Origin: Candidatus Saccharimonadota bacterium
GTDB lineage: Bacteria > Bacteroidota > Bacteroidia > Flavobacteriales > Blattabacteriaceae
Length of the DNA: 32,000 bases
Direction of reading: 5' to 3'
NCBI RefSeq assembly: GCF_014252315.1
Contig: NZ_CP059216.1
Span: 150,001-182,000, forward strand
Shown: piece by piece, positions 25,897 through 32,000 of the stretch
How positions within the stretch are numbered: position 1 is the stretch's first letter
Layout: each line of letters opens with the position of its first letter
Translations under genes and position numbers: made by a program
The notes under the pieces: model-generated
The model's input: the letters and a program-made list of their open reading frames with translations, nothing else
Databases searched by the model: none
What the model was told of the DNA's origin: nothing

Positions 25897-27249
25897 CTAA
25901 ATATTATTACTTTTATTTATCATTTTAGATAAAAAATCTTTTATAATTTGTTTTCCTGAATATCCAGAAGTATTTATCTTTTTTAGTACTTTATTCATAT
26001 TATAAAATTGTTTAAAAAACATATCTATATCTTTTAAAGGATATCCAGATCCTTTAGATAATCTTATCCTTCTGTTTATGTCATCAAATAATTTTGGATT
26101 TTTTCTTTCATCAGGAGTCATAGATAAAATAATAGTTTCTATTCTTTTAAAAGAATTTTCTTTTTTATCAAATAAAAAAAACTTTTCCATACCAGGTATC
26201 ATAGATATTATATTTTTTATACTACCCATTTTTTTTATTCTATTTACTTGATCTAATAAATCATAAAAATTAAATTTATTTTTAGATATTTTATTATAAA
26301 TTCTATTAGTTTTCTTTTCATCAAATTGTTCTTGTACTTTTTCAACAAAAGAAACTACATCTCCCATTCCTAATATACGATTAGCCATTCTATCTGGATA
26401 AAAAATTTCTATATCATCCATTTTTTCTCCAATACTTATAAATTTTATAGGTTTTTTAGTTACACTTGATATAGTAATAGCTACACCTCCTTTACTATCA
26501 CCATCTAATTTAGTTATTACAATACCATCAAAATTTAATAAATTAGAAAAATTTTTTGCAGTATTAATTGCATCTTGTCCAGTCATAGAATCTACAACAA
26601 ATAATTTTTCATTTAAATCAAAATTATTATTAATTTGTTGTATCTCTTTCATCATAAAATCATCTACAGCTAATCTTCCAGCTGTATCAATAATAATAAT
26701 ATTATTTTTGTTTTTATATGCATGAGGTATAGATTTTTTTATGATGTCAATTACATTTTTATTTTCTTTTAAAGAAAAAACAGGAACATTAATTTTGTTT
26801 GCTAAAGCATTTAGTTGATCTATTGCAGCTGGTCTATAAATATCTGCAGCTACTAACAAAGGATTTTTACCTTTTTTTTTTAAAAAAAGAGAGAGTTTAG
26901 AAGAAAAAGATGTTTTTCCACTTCCTTGTAATCCAAATAATAAAATAATTGAAGGATTTTTAGATATATTTATATCTACTTTTTTTCCTCCCATTATACT
27001 AACTAATTCATCATGTACTAACTTTATAATAAGTTGTTTTGGATTTAAATCATCTAAAACATTTTTTCCAATATATTTATTTTTTACTTTTTTTATAAAT
27101 TCTGATACAACTTTATGATTAACATCTGCGTCAATTAAAGCTTTACCTATTTCTTTTAAAACAATAGAAACATTTATTTCTGTAATTTTATTATTTCCCT
27201 TTAAAACACGAAAGGCATTACCAATTTTTTTTTGTAAAGTTTTGAACAT
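25897..27249 (-). CDS. ffh: signal recognition particle protein
   Basis: 450 aa ORF with NG-domain GTPase motifs GLQGSGKTS, DTAGR and TKLDGD, and a Met-rich M domain. Confidence 0.95.
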   Translation of the reverse strand: MFKTLQKKIGNAFRVLKGNNKITEINVSIVLKEIGKALIDADVNHKVVSEFIKKVKNKYIGKNVLDDLNPKQLIIKLVHDELVSIMGGKKVDINISKNPSIILLFGLQGSGKTSFSSKLSLFLKKKGKNPLLVAADIYRPAAIDQLNALANKINVPVFSLKENKNVIDIIKKSIPHAYKNKNNIIIIDTAGRLAVDDFMMKEIQQINNNFDLNEKLFVVDSMTGQDAINTAKNFSNLLNFDGIVITKLDGDSKGGVAITISSVTKKPIKFISIGEKMDDIEIFYPDRMANRILGMGDVVSFVEKVQEQFDEKKTNRIYNKISKNKFNFYDLLDQVNRIKKMGSIKNIISMIPGMEKFFLFDKKENSFKRIETIILSMTPDERKNPKLFDDINRRIRLSKGSGYPLKDIDMFFKQFYNMNKVLKKINTSGYSGKQIIKDFLSKMINKSNNI

Positions 27250-27275
27250 TTGTAAATGAGTATTAATTTAATATG

Positions 27276-29042
27276 TTATATTTGATCTACCATTTTTATA
27301 CCTAATAAATTCATTGCGGATTTTATAACATTACCTGTAATGTGAATAAAATGCATACAAAAATTACTGCTAATAATATTCATAGTATTAATTAATCTTT
27401 TTTTTTGATAAAGATGATTGAATGTTTTAGAAACATCATAAACATAATTAGCTATTAAAGAAGGATTCATTTTATTAGCTGAACTGTTTAAAATTATTAA
27501 ATATTTATAAAGAATTTTAATCATATTTTTTTCATATATATTTAATGTAATATTATCAAAATAAAAATTGTCAATAACACATAAATTAAAAAATTTCTTT
27601 TCTAAAGAACGAATCCTAGAATAGGTATATTGGATATAAACACCTGTTTTACCTTTAAAATCTATTGATTTAACAGGATCAAAAATAATTTTTTTTTTTG
27701 GATCTATTTGAATAAAATAATATTTCAATGCACATAATCCTATTTCTTTATAAGAATAATTAAATGATTTATTAATTTTTTTATCTTTTTTTTTGTAAAA
27801 AATATATTTTGCCGTATTTTCCATTTTAGATATTAAGCTATCTATATCAACAATATTTCCTTCTCTTGATTTCATTTTACCACTTGGTAAAAAAACCATT
27901 TCGTATGATAAATGAAATATTTTTTTTACCCATGTATATTTTAATCTTTTTAATATTTTAAATAGATTACAAAAATGACTTTCTTGTTCTTTTCCTACAA
28001 TATAAACCATTTCATCTATATTATTTTCTTTAAAACGTTTTATAGCATTTCCTATATCCTGAGTAATGTATACAGATGTTTGATCTGATCTTAACAATAG
28101 CTTTGATTCATATCCATCTTTTTTTAAATTAATCCAAATTGATCCATCAGATTTTTTAAAAAAAATACCTTTTTTTAATCCTTTTATTATAATATCTTTT
28201 CCAAATTTATAAATTTGACTTTCATATTCTGTTTTATCAAAATTAATTCCTAAATCATTATAAGTATTTTTAAATCCATCATAAACCCAACTATTCATTT
28301 TTTTCCATATATCTATAATTAATTTATCTCCTTTTTCCCATTTTTTTAACAAATTTCTTGCTTTTTTTAAAATTGGAGTTTCATTATTTTTAAATATTTT
28401 AATTTCATCATTATAAATTTTATCAAACAAACTATAATATTTTCCGACAAAATGATCTCCTTTTATATTACTTTTTTTTGGGGTATTATCATTTCCAAAT
28501 TTTTTCCATGATAATAAAGATTTACAAATATGTATTCCTCTATCATTAATTATTTGTATTTGTATTACTTTATGACCAACTATTTTTAATATATTAGAAA
28601 TAGACGATCCTATTAATATGTTTCTTAAATGGCCTAAATGAAGTGGTTTATTTGCATTAGGAGATGAATATTCTACCATAATTTTTTTCTTTTTAAAAGA
28701 AAAAAAGTCTTTTATGTCAGAAAAATTTATACTAGACATTTTTATAATTAAAAATATATAATATTTATTATAATAAGTAAAATTTAAAAATCCTTTATAT
28801 ATAGAAAATTTTACAAATCCTTTTAATTCATTTTGTACATAATATCCTATATTATTTCCTAATTCATTTATGGATTTATTTAATTGTTTAGATAATGAAA
28901 ATAATATTAAAGATATATCTCCTAAATTATTATTTTTAGTATATTGAAAATTTAAATTTATATTAATTTTATATAAATAAAATACAGCATTTTTTACAGA
29001 CTTTTCTACTGTTTTTACATCATATTTCAGATGATTATTCAT
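27276..29042 (-). CDS. argS: arginine--tRNA ligase
   Basis: 588 aa ORF with the class I HIGH-type motif PNANKPLHLGHLRN, an ArgRS N-terminal add-1-like domain and a DALR anticodon-binding C-terminus. Confidence 0.93.
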   Translation of the reverse strand: MNNHLKYDVKTVEKSVKNAVFYLYKININLNFQYTKNNNLGDISLILFSLSKQLNKSINELGNNIGYYVQNELKGFVKFSIYKGFLNFTYYNKYYIFLIIKMSSINFSDIKDFFSFKKKKIMVEYSSPNANKPLHLGHLRNILIGSSISNILKIVGHKVIQIQIINDRGIHICKSLLSWKKFGNDNTPKKSNIKGDHFVGKYYSLFDKIYNDEIKIFKNNETPILKKARNLLKKWEKGDKLIIDIWKKMNSWVYDGFKNTYNDLGINFDKTEYESQIYKFGKDIIIKGLKKGIFFKKSDGSIWINLKKDGYESKLLLRSDQTSVYITQDIGNAIKRFKENNIDEMVYIVGKEQESHFCNLFKILKRLKYTWVKKIFHLSYEMVFLPSGKMKSREGNIVDIDSLISKMENTAKYIFYKKKDKKINKSFNYSYKEIGLCALKYYFIQIDPKKKIIFDPVKSIDFKGKTGVYIQYTYSRIRSLEKKFFNLCVIDNFYFDNITLNIYEKNMIKILYKYLIILNSSANKMNPSLIANYVYDVSKTFNHLYQKKRLINTMNIISSNFCMHFIHITGNVIKSAMNLLGIKMVDQI

Positions 29043-29064
29043 TGTATGATTTATTTTTTTAATA

Positions 29065-30123
29065 TTATGACTTTTCTAATAAAAATCTCCATTTAAATGG
29101 ATCTTTAGATAAATTATGTTGTATATCTAATAATCTTTTTTTTAAATACATAGAAATCCTATTTTTATCAGATATTTTTGGTAAACAATAGTCAATACCT
29201 TTATAACTAATTATTTTAAAAAAAGTTATAACAGCAGCTGTTCCACATCCAAAAGCTTCTTTTAACTCTCCATTTTTTAATCCTTCTATAATTTCCAATA
29301 TATTTAAATCTCTTTCTTCAACTTTTATTTTATCTTTTTTAGCTATAGAAATAATACTATTACAAGTAATCCCACTTAATATGTTATCATTAAATTTAGG
29401 AGTAATTAATGTATCTTTGAATAGAAAAAAAACATTCATAGTTCCTGATTCTTCTACTTTAGTATGAGTAGAAGAATCAGTCCATAAAATTTGATCAAAT
29501 CCTTCTTCGTTAGCCAATCTAGTTGGATAAAAAGAAGACGCATAATTTCCAGCAGCTTTTGCAAACCCTACTCCACCTGAAACAGATCTTCCATATTTTT
29601 CCTCTACTTTTATTTTTAAAGGTTTATTATAATAAGAATCAACTGGAGTTGATATAATCATAAACATATAATTTTTAGATGGTTTCGCTGATAAAATTCC
29701 GTCTGTTGCTATTAAAAAAGGACGAATATATAAAGATTGACCATAATTGTTAGGAATCCAATCTCTATCTAAATCAATTAATTTTTTTAATCCGTTCATA
29801 AATATTTCTTCTGGAATAGAAGGCATTTCTAAACGAATAGCAGATCTATTCATTCTTTTAAAATTTTCTTTTGGTCTAAATAAAAAAACATTGTTATTTT
29901 TATCTTTATATGCTTTCATTCCTTCAAATACAGCTTGTCCATAATGAAAAACAAGTGATATAGGAGAAACAACTATGTTTCCAAATGGTTTTATCGTAGA
30001 ATTTTTCCATATTCCATTTCTATATTCAGAACAAAACATATGATCAGAATAATAACTACCAAAAGATATTTTTTTAAAATTAACTTTCCTTAATTGTGAT
30101 AAAAATGTTTTTTCTATTTTCAT
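29065..30123 (-). CDS. ilvE: branched-chain amino acid aminotransferase (fold type IV)
   Basis: 352 aa ORF with FEGMKAYK, FAKAAGNYASS and ESGTMNVFF blocks. Confidence 0.9.
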   Translation of the reverse strand: MKIEKTFLSQLRKVNFKKISFGSYYSDHMFCSEYRNGIWKNSTIKPFGNIVVSPISLVFHYGQAVFEGMKAYKDKNNNVFLFRPKENFKRMNRSAIRLEMPSIPEEIFMNGLKKLIDLDRDWIPNNYGQSLYIRPFLIATDGILSAKPSKNYMFMIISTPVDSYYNKPLKIKVEEKYGRSVSGGVGFAKAAGNYASSFYPTRLANEEGFDQILWTDSSTHTKVEESGTMNVFFLFKDTLITPKFNDNILSGITCNSIISIAKKDKIKVEERDLNILEIIEGLKNGELKEAFGCGTAAVITFFKIISYKGIDYCLPKISDKNRISMYLKKRLLDIQHNLSKDPFKWRFLLEKS

Positions 30124-30206
30124 ATTTATATTAATTCACAAATAATATATAACATAAAATATCATTAAATAAATATATGGATAATACCAATAATTTCAAT
30201 AAATTA

Positions 30207-32000
30207 TTATTCTATAATTATTTTTAATACATTATCTATAATATTATCAATAGAAGGTTTAGAAAAATAATCACCATCAGATCCATAAGCAGGTCTATGT
30301 TCTTTAGCTGTTATTGTAATAGGTTTATTATCTAAATAATAATAACCATTTTGTTTTTCTAAAATATTTTGTAATATATATGCAGAGGCTCCTCCTGGAA
30401 CATCTTCATCTACAATTAATAATTTACTAGTTTTTTTTAAACTTTTAACTATATCTTTACGTAAATCAAATGGATATAAAGATTGAACATCAATAATTTC
30501 AGCTTCTATATTAAATTTAATTAATTCTTTTGCAGCTTCATCTACAATTTTCCAAGTAGATCCATATGTTACTATAGTAATATCTTTTCCTTTTCTTGTT
30601 ATATCTACTATACCAATAGGAGTTTTAAATAAACCTAAATTACTAGGTAATAATTCTTTAATCCTATATCCATTAAGACATTCAATAACTAAAGCTGGAT
30701 CATCTGATAATAATAATGAATTATAAAATCCAGCTGCTTTAACCATATTTCTTGGAACTAATATTAAAATACCTCTCAAATAATTAATTATACCACCCAT
30801 AGGAGATCCAGAATGCCATATACCTTCTAAACGATGACCTCTAGTCCTTATAATAAGAGGAGATTTTTGCCCGCCTTTAGTTCTATACTGTAAACAGGCT
30901 AGATCATCACTCATAATCTGTAATGCATATAATAAATAATCTATATATTGTATTTCAACTATGGGGCGTAATCCTCTCATAGCTAGGCCTATACCTTGAC
31001 CTATAATAGTAGATTCTCGTATTCCAGTGTCAAATATACGATTTTCTCCATATTTTTTCTGTAATCCTTCTAATCCTTTATTTACATCACCCATTTTTCC
31101 AACATCTTCTCCAAATATTAAAAGATCAGGATATAATTCTAACAATTTATCAAAATTATCTCTTAATATTATTCTTCCATCTACTTTATTAATATATTTT
31201 TTATTATATGTTGGAAAAATTTCTATTATATTTTTAAATGATTGTTTAGAATTACTAAATAAATGTGAAGAATAATTTTTTTGTTCTTCTTTATATTTTT
31301 TATTTATCCAATTTGTTAAAATACATTTCAATTTTGAATAAAAATTTGTTTTATCTAATGTATACAGTATTTTTTTTATTAAAATAAATATTGATTTTTT
31401 ATTAATTATATTTTTGTTTTCTAATTTTTTTATATAATTATTTATCCAAAAATATTTATTATTTATATTATTATAGTTTATATTATTATTAATAATATTT
31501 AATGCTTCATTTTTTAATTTATCAATAGATTTTTTAAAATCATTCCATGATTTTTTTTGTTCATTTTTAACATATTCTTTAGCTTCTATATCTATTTTAG
31601 ATAAAATAAAATCTCCATCTACAATTTTAGATCCTTTAAGTTCAAAATTTAAAATCCAATTTCTAAATTTTATTAAACTATCGTTTTTATATTCCCATTC
31701 TAATCGTTCTTTTGGTTTATATCTTTCATGTGAAGAAGAAGTTGAATGACCTTGTGGTTGTGTTAAATTTTTTACATGAATAATTACAGGAACATACTCA
31801 TAACGAGCTATTTTATTTGCTATAAAATATGTATTTACAAGATCAATATAATTACTTCCTTCTACTTGAAAAACTTCAACACCTTTTTCATTTTTATTTC
31901 TAATAAATCCATATAATAAATCTCCTATATTATTTTTTGAAAAATGGTATTTATTAGGAACTGATATTCCGTATTCATCATCCCAAATAGATAGTATTAT
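30207..32000 (-). CDS. fused 2-oxoacid (branched-chain/pyruvate-type) dehydrogenase E1 component, alpha/beta subunits in one polypeptide; 5' end outside window
   Basis: I checked every minus-strand codon from 32000 down to 31329 in this frame and found no stop. The translation runs IILSIWDDEYGISVPNKYH...VKNLTQPQGHSTSSSHERYKPKERLEWE (E1-alpha C-terminal part), then an N/K/I-rich linker, then FGEDVGKMGDVNKGLEGLQKKYGENRIFDTGIRESTIIG (E1-beta / transketolase Pyr domain). The tracked start at 31331 is an internal TTG (Leu). Confidence 0.8.
   Translation of the reverse strand: MILSIWDDEYGISVPNKYHFSKNNIGDLLYGFIRNKNEKGVEVFQVEGSNYIDLVNTYFIANKIARYEYVPVIIHVKNLTQPQGHSTSSSHERYKPKERLEWEYKNDSLIKFRNWILNFELKGSKIVDGDFILSKIDIEAKEYVKNEQKKSWNDFKKSIDKLKNEALNIINNNINYNNINNKYFWINNYIKKLENKNIINKKSIFILIKKILYTLDKTNFYSKLKCILTNWINKKYKEEQKNYSSHLFSNSKQSFKNIIEIFPTYNKKYINKVDGRIILRDNFDKLLELYPDLLIFGEDVGKMGDVNKGLEGLQKKYGENRIFDTGIRESTIIGQGIGLAMRGLRPIVEIQYIDYLLYALQIMSDDLACLQYRTKGGQKSPLIIRTRGHRLEGIWHSGSPMGGIINYLRGILILVPRNMVKAAGFYNSLLLSDDPALVIECLNGYRIKELLPSNLGLFKTPIGIVDITRKGKDITIVTYGSTWKIVDEAAKELIKFNIEAEIIDVQSLYPFDLRKDIVKSLKKTSKLLIVDEDVPGGASAYILQNILEKQNGYYYLDNKPITITAKEHRPAYGSDGDYFSKPSIDNIIDNVLKIIIE

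Noticed and set aside
29747-29944. 65-aa ORF antisense to ilvE
   Set aside because: It lies within the conserved ilvE coding sequence and has no motif.
31027-31275. 82-aa ORF antisense to the fused E1 gene
   Set aside because: It lies within the conserved E1-beta coding sequence and has no motif.
1-32000. Possible UGA-to-Trp recoding (genetic code 4), as in some tiny endosymbiont genomes
   Set aside because: purF, purH, purD and rplT terminate at TGA at exactly the positions expected from family lengths or C-termini. Trp codons seen in conserved positions are TGG. No in-frame TGA interrupts any of the 30 genes.
1-32000. Search for CRISPR arrays, transposases or IS ends, integrases, phage genes, toxin-antitoxin pairs or defence-island-like clusters
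   Set aside because: No spaced direct repeats, no inverted terminal repeats and no unexplained ORFs were seen. Every ORF over 100 aa on the supported strand has a housekeeping assignment. The longest non-coding stretch is about 136 bp.

Overview
The window is very AT-rich, densely packed and almost entirely protein-coding. It holds 30 recognisable housekeeping or metabolic genes and no rRNA, tRNA, CRISPR array, transposase, integrase or phage-like gene that I can see. The gene content is:
- a contiguous purF-purM-purN-purH-purD-guaA block;
- accD, a class II fbaA, an AddA/RecB-like helicase, lipA, a Nif3-like gene paired with a coiled-coil 'zinc-ribbon' gene, and a thioredoxin-like gene;
- an nrnA-like gene, a CCA-adding enzyme, tsaC, dapD, ruvX and def;
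- the thrS-infC-rpmI-rplT cluster, glpD-glpK-glpF, ffh, argS and ilvE;
- a fused 2-oxoacid dehydrogenase E1 alpha/beta gene.

Several traits point to a reduced genome of a Bacteroidetes (Flavobacteriales) insect endosymbiont, possibly Blattabacterium-like. These traits are the absence of Shine-Dalgarno motifs, TAnnTTTG-type promoter matches, a Cys-less AccD N-terminus, and Lys/Asn/Ile-rich proteins. The organism call is inference from memory and is not verified. TGA is used as a stop codon, so the standard bacterial code applies.

I find no evidence of a novel multi-gene system such as a defence island or mobile element. The observations worth a second look are gene-level signatures of reductive evolution:
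1. ruvX is broken inside an A10 tract, but its conserved C-terminus is intact in the shifted frame.
2. ThrRS consists only of the catalytic and anticodon-binding domains, with no TGS or editing domain.
3. Both NPA boxes of the GlpF channel are altered, to NPC and NPT.
4. infC must start at a non-canonical ATT or ATA codon.
5. The AddA/RecB-like helicase has no C-terminal nuclease domain.
6. A PF02591-type 'zinc ribbon' protein has lost all four cysteines.
7. All four convergent gene junctions have 0-3 bp gaps or overlaps, leaving no room for terminators.

Two genes run off the window edges (purF at the 5' end, the fused E1 at the 3' end), and the start-codon-anchored ORF track under-calls both.
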